Shown piece by piece: positions 50,597 to 59,800 of a stretch of DNA of 64,000 nucleotides (within the stretch, counting starts at the first letter, position 1; every line of letters begins with the position of its first letter). A program made the translations under genes and the position numbers. Location of the stretch: contig OZ242320.1 of assembly GCA_965208125.1 (NCBI GenBank), positions 1,120,001-1,184,000 of the forward strand, read 5' to 3'. Origin of the DNA: Candidatus Latescibacterota bacterium. Its GTDB lineage: Bacteria > Latescibacterota > UBA2968. The notes under the pieces are model-generated. The model was not told where the DNA came from, made no database searches, and was given only the letters and a program-made list of their open reading frames with translations.

Positions 50597-51748
50597 ATGA
50601 AAGTCGCCTACTTCGACTGCTTTGCCGGCATCAGCGGCGACATGACCCTCGGCGCGCTCGTCGATGCGGGCCTGTCTTTTGCCGCCCTGAAATCCGAACT
50701 CGACAAACTCAGTGTGCGCGAATTCACCCTCTCCCAGCGCCGCGTGGAAAAACACGGCATTGCCGGCACCAAAATCGACGTCAACGCACGGGAAGGCCAC
50801 GTCCACCGGCATTTGAAAGACGTACTTGAAATCATCAACAGCAGCGCGATATCGGCCCCTGCAAAAGAAAAAGCCGCGCGCGTCTTTCAAAAACTCGCCG
50901 AAGCCGAAGCCAAAATCCACGGCACCACCATTGAAGCAGTCCACTTCCACGAAGTGGGCGCAGTAGATGCCATCGTCGATGTCGTCGGCGCTATCGTCGG
51001 CCTCGAACTCCTCGAAATCGAAGCCATCTACGCCTCCAAATTCCGATTTGGCTCGGGGCACACGCGGGGCGCACACGGGGCAATGCCCGTCCCGGTTCCC
51101 GCAGTCGTAGAAATGACCAAAGGCTTTCCATCCGAACGCACAGATATCCCGTATGAACTCGTCACCCCCACCGGTGCAGCCCTCCTCACGGCACTCGCCT
51201 CTAATATTGGCGAAACCATTCAACTCCGCACAGAAAGCACGGGTTATGGTGCTGGCACGCGCGACGTCGAACAGGTACCCAACCTCCTCCGCGTTGAAAT
51301 CGGCGCACGCGTCTCAGATCCCCGGACCGATTTTCCCGTCCTGCTCGAAACAAACATCGACGACATGACCCCGGAAATTTACGGCTACCTCATCGACCGC
51401 CTACTCGAAGCCGGTGCGCGCGACGCCTTCCTCACCCCCGTCATCATGAAAAAAGGCCGCCCAGGCATTCAACTCACTGTCCTGGCCGACCCCAACAAAG
51501 AAACCGAACTCACCGAACTCATCTTTTCAGAAACCACCACCCTCGGCATCCGCCGCCTGCCCGTACAGCGCCACATCCTCGAACGCCGCACAGACACCGT
51601 CCAGACCCCGTACGGTCCCGTCCGCGTCAAAATCGCCGACATAGGTGGCAAACAGCGCATCACCCCCGAATACGACGACTGCGCCCGCATCGCACGCGAA
51701 AAACAGGTACCGATACTCGACGTTTACAAAGCTGTAGGCAACCAATAA
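50597..51748 (+). CDS. larC: Nickel pincer cofactor biosynthesis protein LarC
   Basis: YFDCFAGISGDMTLGAL, HFHEVGAVDAIVD, ELVTPTGAA, ETNIDD, MKKGRP, ETTTLGIR and PEYDD motifs. Confidence 0.96.
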   Translation: MKVAYFDCFAGISGDMTLGALVDAGLSFAALKSELDKLSVREFTLSQRRVEKHGIAGTKIDVNAREGHVHRHLKDVLEIINSSAISAPAKEKAARVFQKLAEAEAKIHGTTIEAVHFHEVGAVDAIVDVVGAIVGLELLEIEAIYASKFRFGSGHTRGAHGAMPVPVPAVVEMTKGFPSERTDIPYELVTPTGAALLTALASNIGETIQLRTESTGYGAGTRDVEQVPNLLRVEIGARVSDPRTDFPVLLETNIDDMTPEIYGYLIDRLLEAGARDAFLTPVIMKKGRPGIQLTVLADPNKETELTELIFSETTTLGIRRLPVQRHILERRTDTVQTPYGPVRVKIADIGGKQRITPEYDDCARIAREKQVPILDVYKAVGNQ

Positions 51749-51774
51749 CCCTCCCCCGGTCTCTCCCCGTACAG

Positions 51775-51801
51775 GGAAGGGGAGACATACTCTCCCCTTC
51801 C
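51775..51801. terminator. Hairpin between convergent genes
   Basis: GGAAGGGGAGA-CATAC-TCTCCCCTTCC perfect 11-bp stem; alternative pairing with upstream GTCTCTCCCC. Confidence 0.55.
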
Positions 51802-51806
51802 TCGTA

Positions 51807-52838
51807 TTATCCCTCCTGAAGATCTCTCCTCACAGCCCGCAAAACTTCATAGTGCCACTCATACATAACGTCTTCATCAATTGCGAGAAAAGTCTGGGGA
51901 TCAAAAATCAGCTGATCATCCTCAAATTTAAAAATCGGATAAAATGGATCACCACCGGGAACGCCAGAACCCGTCCTCATCTGCCATTCCTCTTTCGATA
52001 TAGATCCCTCTTTCGCCAGTAATTGTAATCTCTCATAACTCGTCTTTTGCATCATGTGAACAGGCAGGTGTGGATAGTAATTTTCAATAATATACCTGTC
52101 TATTTCCCGCCACAGACTCGCAATTACAACCTGCCGGGACTTCAAACTCTCGACAGCCAAATCTCCCGTACTCATCGCAGCCTGTAAGCGCTTCTCCCAA
52201 TTCTCTGGCGTCCACTGAAGACTACGGCTCAAATGCAGCAACCACTTCTCATGTGGAATATACTCTCGGTTGGCTACAAACAGTGCTTGAACCAATGCAG
52301 TCACAGCCTGGTTGAATATATGGTGACCTTGTAGAACATCCCCGCGATGAATCCAAATATCACCCGAGAGCCGGAAATACCACCAGCAACTCATCAGCAA
52401 ATTTCCCGCCTTACCGGGTTCAGGTCGCTCAGCCAATTTCTCAGCAAAAACTGAATGAAGAAGATCCTCAGGATCAAACAGAATCTCCGCATACGATGCA
52501 TCCCACAACTCAGTATCATCCCAATCGCGCGCGCTTTCAGCATTAAAATCTACATACTTGACATCATAAAGTTGCCCCGCCAATCTGGTAATCCCAACAG
52601 CAATCGGAGGCTTACCCGATCGCCAATCCACAAAAGCTTCTGAAGTCAAATAGATGGTTATATCAATCTCTGAGAGATGATCTGCATAACCCCGTGACAG
52701 GCCACCATTCAGAGTCAAGCCCACAACACCCGGCAACGCTTTAAACTCAGGCAACATCTTTTCCAAATGACGTCGGAGTGTAGCGATCTTGTTCTCAGAC
52801 TCAATTTGTACCTGTGGACGATTCATTCTGTCCATCAC
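51807..52838 (-). CDS. Nucleotidyltransferase-fold protein (DUF4037-like)
   Basis: LNGGLSRGYADHLSEIDI Pol-beta-like motif, ILFDP, IWIHRGD and LFVANREYIPHEKW. Confidence 0.75.
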   Translation of the reverse strand: MMDRMNRPQVQIESENKIATLRRHLEKMLPEFKALPGVVGLTLNGGLSRGYADHLSEIDITIYLTSEAFVDWRSGKPPIAVGITRLAGQLYDVKYVDFNAESARDWDDTELWDASYAEILFDPEDLLHSVFAEKLAERPEPGKAGNLLMSCWWYFRLSGDIWIHRGDVLQGHHIFNQAVTALVQALFVANREYIPHEKWLLHLSRSLQWTPENWEKRLQAAMSTGDLAVESLKSRQVVIASLWREIDRYIIENYYPHLPVHMMQKTSYERLQLLAKEGSISKEEWQMRTGSGVPGGDPFYPIFKFEDDQLIFDPQTFLAIDEDVMYEWHYEVLRAVRRDLQEG

Positions 52839-52910
52839 TTAGACTCCAATTTGCTTCTAAAACTGCTATTCAATGCTTCAATTCTCCCATGCCCTGTGAA
52901 CGGAACAGCT

Positions 52911-53249
52911 TCACTGATGCCGTATCTGAATCGTCCAGATTCCAGGTGGCAAGCTATCCCATGCCATAACACTGCTGGCGACAAACTCGGCTTTCACTGG
53001 ATCTGGCACATCGCTATGAATGCGAAACAAGATGACGCCGTGAGGGGCGGACATACCGTCACGATGCACAAGGTCTCCAAAGTCCTTATCATAAGTTATC
53101 AGCGTACGTCTTTCCCGAGTTGCCAATTCCAGCAGGCTGGGGTCTGCTTCACCCCGGTCAGTTTCCTTCGTCCATCGCACATCCTGGCCTGCAGCACGTA
53201 GTCGGACAACGACCTGCTCCGATATATTTTCGTCGGCAAGTATTCTCAT
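52911..53249 (-). CDS. DUF5615 family PIN-like toxin
   Basis: MRILADENI, LRAAGQDV, RTLITYDKDFG and GVILFR motifs. Confidence 0.9.
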   Translation of the reverse strand: MRILADENISEQVVVRLRAAGQDVRWTKETDRGEADPSLLELATRERRTLITYDKDFGDLVHRDGMSAPHGVILFRIHSDVPDPVKAEFVASSVMAWDSLPPGIWTIQIRHQ

Positions 53250-53525
53250 CTACCGTTTGCCATCCATAATAGCGTCAATATCTGCCCAGGTCACATTGGA
53301 CAGCTTTGCACCAGTGGCGGCGTACTCCTGACAGGCTCGAATATCCTCCGGGGTGATATGCGAGTACATACGAATGATATCAGCTTCGCTGCGCCCCCCG
53401 TCCAGCAATTCCATGATTAGTTCCACTGAAATCCGCGTGCCTTTTATTGTTGGTTTTCCGACCAGAATCAACGGGTCAGTGACGATGCGATCTTGCCAGA
53501 TTGGATTCTTTTCTGTTTTGGCCAT
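53250..53525 (-). CDS. DUF433 family antitoxin
   Basis: RIVTDP.ILVGKPTIKGTRISV...ITPEDIRAC..YA. Confidence 0.92.
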   Translation of the reverse strand: MAKTEKNPIWQDRIVTDPLILVGKPTIKGTRISVELIMELLDGGRSEADIIRMYSHITPEDIRACQEYAATGAKLSNVTWADIDAIMDGKR

Positions 53526-53596
53526 AGCATGTCTCCTTTTTTATCCTTGAGTCTCCGCAATCCCATTACCTGAACCATTTGCACATGACGACATCG

Positions 53597-53719
53597 ACAG
53601 TGGAACAGCGCGTAGTACGTTGTGCTGACAGCCCTGAGAATGTTCGTCTCTCGTGTCCTGCCTTTGCTGTTCGCCTGAACCAAATCCCAGGCTGTTGCAA
53701 TAAAATCAAGCGGTTTCAA
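53597..53719 (-). pseudogene. Truncated HEPN-like gene
   Basis: MKPLDFIATAWDL...RAVSTTYYALFHC matches the N-terminus of HEPN (UPF0332-like) proteins; similarity stops after about 41 codons. Confidence 0.7.
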
Positions 53720-54059
53720 TAGTTACCTCTGGGTGTTGTTGTCGCCATTTGGGATACAGACTCCACCACTCGGATTTCTCAACCCATGACGGGCTGGGGA
53801 ACTCTTCGATACCCGCCTCAATCAACTTAGGACGAATGCGTCTGATGAAACTGGATGTCCAACTGGAGTCGAGTCGCTTCTGGTCACCATCGAAGACAAT
53901 AATGATGCGAAGATACGTTTCGCCGCTGGCGTCAGAACCAAATTCATCGACCAGGGGCACTACTACAATGGGATCGAACACGAACTCGTCCGACGAGAAC
54001 CGTTCCACAATGGTCTCGCGGACAATGGTCTGGACTTTCTCATTCTGTTTCTGTGTCAT
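53706..54059 (-). CDS. Hypothetical protein, probable MNT-like partner of the HEPN gene
   Basis: YLRIIIVFDG...IRPKL...FPSPSWV.KSE; overlaps the HEPN start; AGGAG RBS. Confidence 0.7.
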   Translation of the reverse strand: MTQKQNEKVQTIVRETIVERFSSDEFVFDPIVVVPLVDEFGSDASGETYLRIIIVFDGDQKRLDSSWTSSFIRRIRPKLIEAGIEEFPSPSWVEKSEWWSLYPKWRQQHPEVTIETA

Positions 54060-54104
54060 CACAGTGTCTCCCTGACAAGCTAAATTATTCTTTTTAAAAA
54101 TTTT

Positions 54105-54386
54105 CTAATTCTTTACGACGCAATTCGTCACTTGATCTCGTGCAGCATCCCAAATATCCGCTCCCAGAGGGGATACAATATCAACTTCCTCCAGAACTGT
54201 TCCTTTCAACTTGCCAGGCTCTTGAACCGCTGCACCTTCTGAAACATCTGCCCCATAGGCTAATGGTACTACCTTAACAATCGCCTTTCCCCGTTTTGTC
54301 ACGATCACAGGTTCGCCTGTTTGAACAACCTGTTCCAAAATTCCAAGTGCCTGAGCCTTAAATTCAGTCACACTCCATGTCTGCAT
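54105..54386 (-). CDS. Phd/YefM family antitoxin (orphan)
   Basis: SVTEFKAQALGILEQV..TGEPVIVTKRGK.IVKVVP; AGGAGG RBS; no toxin downstream. Confidence 0.9.
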   Translation of the reverse strand: MQTWSVTEFKAQALGILEQVVQTGEPVIVTKRGKAIVKVVPLAYGADVSEGAAVQEPGKLKGTVLEEVDIVSPLGADIWDAARDQVTNCVVKN

Positions 54387-54795
54387 TATTTCCTCCTATA
54401 ATCTCATTTTTCAACTGACCATTTTTTAAAAGCTTACACACTGATACTTACTCTTGCAATGAACTCTGATACAGCGGTATGGTGGTCTCTAAGATCATGT
54501 AATGTATAGTCAAACTGCAAAAATTCGCATTTTATGTGAATTTTTGTCACCGCAATACATGATTTTATGTATAAACTGGCTCAATGCAGAGTTCATCTAA
54601 AAGTTCTATCAGAGAAATTTTTCGTATTCTTTAAAAATTATAGTGATCTTTTAATCAATATATCCCAAAGCCAAAAAGGTGTCAACGAACCCTGAGTCAC
54701 AAATATTTGACACGATGTAATAGACAGTTGCGAGAACCGAATTCACCTGCTATTTTACCAGAGAATTTATGGAACTAAAACAGCGGAGGAATATA

Positions 54796-57084
54796 ATGAA
54801 ACTCTGGTATAACGAACCGGCGGAAAATTGGAATCACGCCTTGCCCGTGGGGTGTGGGAAACTCGGCGCCATGGTATTTGGTGGGGTAAGTCATGAACGC
54901 ATACAAATGAACGAAGACTCGATCTGGGCGGGACCTCCCGTACCCAAATCACCACCGGGCGCGCAGAAGGTCGTCGCACGCGCGCGTCAACTGCTCTTCG
55001 AAGGCAAATACACCGAAGCGCAGGACCTCGTGCAAGAAGGCGTCATGGGAGAACGCATAGTACCGCGCAGCTATCAGACACTGGGCGACTTGCTCATCGA
55101 GCAAAGTGGCGTCGAACAACACACCGATTACCGCCGCGAACTCTCGCTAAACTCCGCAATCGCCACAACGCAATGGGTTGCAAATGGCGTCGCATATCAT
55201 CGAGAAGTATTTGCCACAGCAATCGACCGTGCAATAATCTGTCGCATCGCATCGGACAAAGCAGGCGCAATATCGTGTCGGATATCTTTTCATCGGGAAG
55301 AAAATGCGCAGTGGTCGGGCATATCTGAAAACACACTCCTAATAACCGGCCGCGCGGGACACGGAGAAACCCATCCCGGCGTCAAATTCTCTGCAGGAAT
55401 CAAAGCAATTGCCGAAAACGGGCGCGTCCAGTGTGCCGACGACGTTCTCATCGTCGAAAATGCAGACGCAGTCACAATAGCCGTCTGCGCCGATACCGAC
55501 TACAACTTTGACGACCCCTACACGCCCCTGACACACGACCTGCAAGCCTCCGCAATATCCACAATCGAAACGTGTGGAGCACGTCCGTACTCCCGCGTAA
55601 AGCGCGATCATACCCGGGATCACAGCACCTACTTTAACCGATGTGCCTTCTCCCTCGGAGAAGACAAAAATGACCACATCCCCACAGACCGCCGCCTCGC
55701 CGAATTCGAACACACATCGGACCCCGCGCTCGTCGCACTCTACTTCAACTTCGGACGCTACCTGACAATCTGTTGCTCCCGCCCGGGCAGTTTGTGCGCC
55801 AATCTACAGGGCATCTGGAACCAGGAATACGAAGCCCCGTGGAACAGCGACTACCACATCAACATCAATATCCAGATGATCTACTGGCTCTGTGAACTCG
55901 TCGGCCTGCCCGAATGCCATGAACCGTATTTGGAGTTTTCAAACGCCCTGCGCACAACAGCCCGCCAAACAGCAACAGAAGTCTATGGCTATCGCGGAAC
56001 CGCAGCGCATCACACAACAGATGCGTGGCGATTCACCGACCCATTGGGAAAGGTCCAATACGGCATGTGGCCCATGGGCTGCGGATGGAACAGCAGGCAC
56101 TTTATGGAACACTGGGATTTCAACGGCTCAGAAACATTTCTGCGAGACCAGGCCTGGCCGGTTGTGCGGGACGCCGCCCTGTTCTTTCTCGACTGGTTGG
56201 CAGAAGATCCAAAAACCGGCAAACTCGTATCCGGTCCCTCTTCTTCCCCAGAAAACCGCTTCCTCGCGCCGGGCACGCAGGACGTGTGCAACCTCGTCAT
56301 GGGACCGAGCATGGACCAGCAGATCATCTGGGAAACATTTACAAATTGTCTGCGCTGTGCCGAAATCCTATCCCTCAACGACCCCATTATCGACGACATA
56401 AAAAGCGCGCTATCCAGCCTCGCAGAACCGCAAATCGGCTCCGATGGACGCCTGATGGAATGGACGGAAGAATTTGAAGAACCAGAACCGGGACATCGGC
56501 ATATTTCACATATCTACGGCGTATATCCCGGCTTCCAACTCGTCAACCAACCCGACTTTCTATCTGCCACGCGCAAAAGCATAGAACACCGCCTCGCGCA
56601 TGGCGGCGGACACACGGGCTGGAGCAGAGCCTGGCTCATCAACGTGTGGGCGCGCCTGAAAGACGCGGATCGCGCCTGGGAAGATGTGCGGCAACTGCTC
56701 ATACGATCAACACTGCCCAATCTATTCGACAACCATCCCCCGTTTCAGATGGACGGCAACATGGGCGGTGCCGCGGGCATTGTGGAAATGATATTACAAA
56801 GCCATCATCAGGCTATTGAGCTATTTCCCGCACTGCCAGACGCATGGACAGAAGGCAACGCAGAAGGACTGCGGGCAAGGGGTGGATTTATTGTAGATTT
56901 ACAATGGAAAAACGGGGAAAAATCCGCGCACATAACTTCCCTATTGGGCAATCCCATCCGCATGCAATACAACGGCTCTATGCGCGCAGTCAATGACGAC
57001 CAGACGGTCATCGCAGAAGGACAGGGGGAAATAGCGTTCCAAACTGAAAAAGGAAAAAGCTACAATATTGCGCTCGGGGCATAA
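54796..57084 (+). CDS. GH95 alpha-L-fucosidase-like glycoside hydrolase
   Basis: [61 protein letters not shown] and HPPFQMDGN motifs. Confidence 0.96.
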   Translation: MKLWYNEPAENWNHALPVGCGKLGAMVFGGVSHERIQMNEDSIWAGPPVPKSPPGAQKVVARARQLLFEGKYTEAQDLVQEGVMGERIVPRSYQTLGDLLIEQSGVEQHTDYRRELSLNSAIATTQWVANGVAYHREVFATAIDRAIICRIASDKAGAISCRISFHREENAQWSGISENTLLITGRAGHGETHPGVKFSAGIKAIAENGRVQCADDVLIVENADAVTIAVCADTDYNFDDPYTPLTHDLQASAISTIETCGARPYSRVKRDHTRDHSTYFNRCAFSLGEDKNDHIPTDRRLAEFEHTSDPALVALYFNFGRYLTICCSRPGSLCANLQGIWNQEYEAPWNSDYHININIQMIYWLCELVGLPECHEPYLEFSNALRTTARQTATEVYGYRGTAAHHTTDAWRFTDPLGKVQYGMWPMGCGWNSRHFMEHWDFNGSETFLRDQAWPVVRDAALFFLDWLAEDPKTGKLVSGPSSSPENRFLAPGTQDVCNLVMGPSMDQQIIWETFTNCLRCAEILSLNDPIIDDIKSALSSLAEPQIGSDGRLMEWTEEFEEPEPGHRHISHIYGVYPGFQLVNQPDFLSATRKSIEHRLAHGGGHTGWSRAWLINVWARLKDADRAWEDVRQLLIRSTLPNLFDNHPPFQMDGNMGGAAGIVEMILQSHHQAIELFPALPDAWTEGNAEGLRARGGFIVDLQWKNGEKSAHITSLLGNPIRMQYNGSMRAVNDDQTVIAEGQGEIAFQTEKGKSYNIALGA

Positions 57085-57098
57085 GTTATTTAAGCGCA

Positions 57099-57130
57099 CT
57101 GGATCGCGGCTAACACCCTGCCGCGATGAC
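57099..57130. repeat. Family-B palindrome (CTGGA-stem-loop-TGAC)
   Basis: CTGGATCGCGGCTAACACCCTGCCGCGATGAC; near-identical to the reverse complement of 18169-18200. Confidence 0.8.
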
Positions 57131-57154
57131 GGCTTTTTTGATGGGGTTTTGTCA

Positions 57155-57922
57155 TCATCTCCCAATAATTAAACCATCGGGATCGACCTCATCGCGCAAA
57201 ATGCACAACTCCTCTTCCGTGGGCGGCACAGTCTCTTCAAGAGAATCTACCCGACCCAATTCAAACCCGGTATTCTCCTGCACCTCTTCAAACGTCACGC
57301 CGGGATGCAAACTTTCGACCTGCATCCGACATGTATCTCCATCAAAACTCATCACAGCCAGATCCGTAATCACGCGATAAGGTCCCCCGCCTCTGGGCAA
57401 CCCCGCAGCCTCGCGCGCACCGGGTCCGGTCAGAAAACCGGGCGTCGTCAAAAAATCAACCTCTTCCACAAAACGACGGCGATCGTGCTGTGTAATAATC
57501 AGCGTGCGCCAGCAAAAACTTGCAAAATCATTGGCCCCCCCGCTACCCGGAAAACGCACGCGCGGTTTTTTGTAATCGCCAATAACCGTAGAATTTAAAT
57601 TCCCATACGCATCGATCTGAGCACCGCCCAAAAACGCGTAATCCATCACACCCCGCTGACACGCCTCCATAATATCACACATACTCGTCGCCATAAGTGC
57701 CCGATGTGTCGTGCGCGAATCACCCACGGAAATGGGCATCGCGGGCAACATCGGCGCCAAACCACCCGCCTCAAAAGCCACCAAAAGCCCCGGCGCATGC
57801 GTCTTTTGCGCCAGCATCGCCGCAGCACACGGCGCCCCCGTGCCCACCCCAACAGTCGCCCCATCTTCCAGCAACCGGGACGCCACGCAAATCGCCATTT
57901 CAACTTCATTGTAATCAGACAT
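57155..57922 (-). CDS. Family I CoA-transferase subunit B (GctB/PcaJ-like)
   Basis: VGTGAP, FEAG, FLGGAQIDAYGNLNST, RFPGSGGAND and VITDLAV motifs; start MSDYN. Confidence 0.92.
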   Translation of the reverse strand: MSDYNEVEMAICVASRLLEDGATVGVGTGAPCAAAMLAQKTHAPGLLVAFEAGGLAPMLPAMPISVGDSRTTHRALMATSMCDIMEACQRGVMDYAFLGGAQIDAYGNLNSTVIGDYKKPRVRFPGSGGANDFASFCWRTLIITQHDRRRFVEEVDFLTTPGFLTGPGAREAAGLPRGGGPYRVITDLAVMSFDGDTCRMQVESLHPGVTFEEVQENTGFELGRVDSLEETVPPTEEELCILRDEVDPDGLIIGR

Positions 57923-57933
57923 ACCCTGCACCC

Positions 57934-58923
57934 TTACTTTTCCAACCTTCGCAACTCCGCCAACCGCTCTTCGCCACCGCAAATCTCCAGATAGTCCTCA
58001 AAACAATCAACGCCATACAAATACTTATCCAGAAACGCGCGATATGTCCCCACATCTCGCTCAGCGTCCAACCACGCTTTAAGATGCACCTCATCCGAGA
58101 AATACTCCCCAGCCATATTGCCGGGATACGATCCATAAGGCACATGACACACCGCATCAACACAAAAAGCCGGAATCGCGGTCGCATTTGGATCGCTGCG
58201 AATCTCATCTGTACTCACAATGCGCTCCGCACTCACAATCACACGTTTGGATGCACGCGACAAATCCCAATCAGCCACAGTAATACCTCGGATGCGACAA
58301 TTCCCGAACAAATCACTCTCATGCACGTGAATAAGTGCCACATCGGGAAACAGAGCTGGCACAACCGTCAGCGATTTGCCCGTAAAAGGACACGCGATCT
58401 CCTTTGCCGCACTCTCCCGAAACGTATCGGTCCCCAACATACTGCGAACAGGCACAAAAGGCACACCCGTCGCCGCCGCCCGAAATCGACATGCCAGCGC
58501 GTAATTTGTCCACTCACACACCTCCACATCTCCGCTCTCCATCAACCGCCGCGCCTGTGCCGACAACCCGCGCGCTTCTAACCCTAAAATATAAGCCGCA
58601 TCCAACCGCGAAAAAATCTGCTTCCCCGTACGCGTACCCGCTGCCAAAATCTGAAAATCGTGCGTCGTCGTATGCCCGGCAAACCCCAGATTTGTTCGCT
58701 CCTGCCGCACAACCTCGTGCAAAAGAGCCGTCGCAATCCTGTTCCCACCAAACCCGCCAGAAGCCAAATAGTCACCATCGTGCACAAACCGCGCAATCGC
58801 ATCAGACACAGACATCAGCTTATCTGTCAACGCGCCCTTCTTCTCTCGAAAAAATGCCCGTGCAACATCTGGATCGGGATCTGTAAACAGCGGTCCGCGG
58901 CCTGTATTTTCAGAATTTGTCAT
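57934..58923 (-). CDS. Family I CoA-transferase subunit A (GctA/PcaI-like)
   Basis: DKLMS..DAI..FVHDGD, RFRAAATGVPF, LGTD, PDVALIHV..SD..GN and VIVSAERIV motifs; start MTNSE. Confidence 0.92.
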   Translation of the reverse strand: MTNSENTGRGPLFTDPDPDVARAFFREKKGALTDKLMSVSDAIARFVHDGDYLASGGFGGNRIATALLHEVVRQERTNLGFAGHTTTHDFQILAAGTRTGKQIFSRLDAAYILGLEARGLSAQARRLMESGDVEVCEWTNYALACRFRAAATGVPFVPVRSMLGTDTFRESAAKEIACPFTGKSLTVVPALFPDVALIHVHESDLFGNCRIRGITVADWDLSRASKRVIVSAERIVSTDEIRSDPNATAIPAFCVDAVCHVPYGSYPGNMAGEYFSDEVHLKAWLDAERDVGTYRAFLDKYLYGVDCFEDYLEICGGEERLAELRRLEK

Positions 58924-58933
58924 TATTCCCACC

Positions 58934-59704
58934 TCACAACGCTGTCCAGCCGCCATCCACCAGCAGCGTATGCCCCGTAATGAGATCGGCAGCCGGACTG
59001 GCCAAAAACACCACAGCCCCCACCACATCTTCGGGCTGTCCCACGCGCCCCAGAGGAATGCGAGAAAGCAAATCCTCGCGCAACTCGGCATTATCAAACG
59101 TCGATTGTGTCAACGGCGTCAAAATAAACGTCGGCCCCACGGCATTCACCGTAATCTGATAGGACGCCCACTCCACAGCCAACACCCGCGTCAAATTCAC
59201 CACACCGGCCTTACTCGAACAATAAGCCGCCCGCTTGTAATACCCCACCACCCCATTTTGCGACGCAATATTGACAATTTTGCCACCACCCGTCTCAATC
59301 ATCGACCGCGCCACGCGCTGCGACATAAAAAACAACCCCTTCAAATTCACATCCAGCACCCCATCCCAATCCGCCTCTGTCACCTCGAGCGCATCCCTGG
59401 GAATATTCACACCCGCATTATTCACCAGAACATCAACCCTGCCATACGTATCAATAACCCGGCTCACCGCCGCATCAATACTCTCCTGATCCGGCAATTG
59501 CAACGCCAATGGCAATGCCCGTTGCCCCAAATCTCCAACCCCTTCACACACCTCATTCAGCGCATCGACCTTCTGCGGCACCTCACACACCGCCACATCG
59601 GCACCCACCTCAGCCGCCGCCAGCGCAATCGCCCGTCCAATACCCGAACCCGCACCCGTCACCAGCACCACCTTATCATCCAATCGCATACTGGGCAAAA
59701 CCAT
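58934..59704 (-). CDS. Short-chain dehydrogenase/reductase
   Basis: TGAGSGIG, NNAG, YCSSK (YxxxK) and VDGGW motifs; AGGAG RBS. Confidence 0.95.
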   Translation of the reverse strand: MVLPSMRLDDKVVLVTGAGSGIGRAIALAAAEVGADVAVCEVPQKVDALNEVCEGVGDLGQRALPLALQLPDQESIDAAVSRVIDTYGRVDVLVNNAGVNIPRDALEVTEADWDGVLDVNLKGLFFMSQRVARSMIETGGGKIVNIASQNGVVGYYKRAAYCSSKAGVVNLTRVLAVEWASYQITVNAVGPTFILTPLTQSTFDNAELREDLLSRIPLGRVGQPEDVVGAVVFLASPAADLITGHTLLVDGGWTAL

Positions 59705-59723
59705 TACAAACTCCTGAACGGCG

Positions 59724-59800
59724 GTAAAAGGTAAGATACAAGACGTAAAAGGTAAGACGACCACCCCACCCCCTCTCACGTTTTCCGTCTCACGTCTTAC
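59724..59800. repeat. Inverted heptamer arrays (STRR-like)
   Basis: GTAAAAG GTAAGAT ACAAGAC GTAAAAG GTAAGAC ... CTCTCAC GTTTTCC GTCTCAC GTCTTAC. Confidence 0.65.

Noticed and set aside
53468-53596. C-terminal half of the 83-aa ORF as a real protein
   Set aside because: Read-through beyond the HEPN truncation, overlapping the DUF433 start out of frame
51807-54386. Integron cassette array or prophage
   Set aside because: No integrase, no repeated attC-like sites and no phage genes
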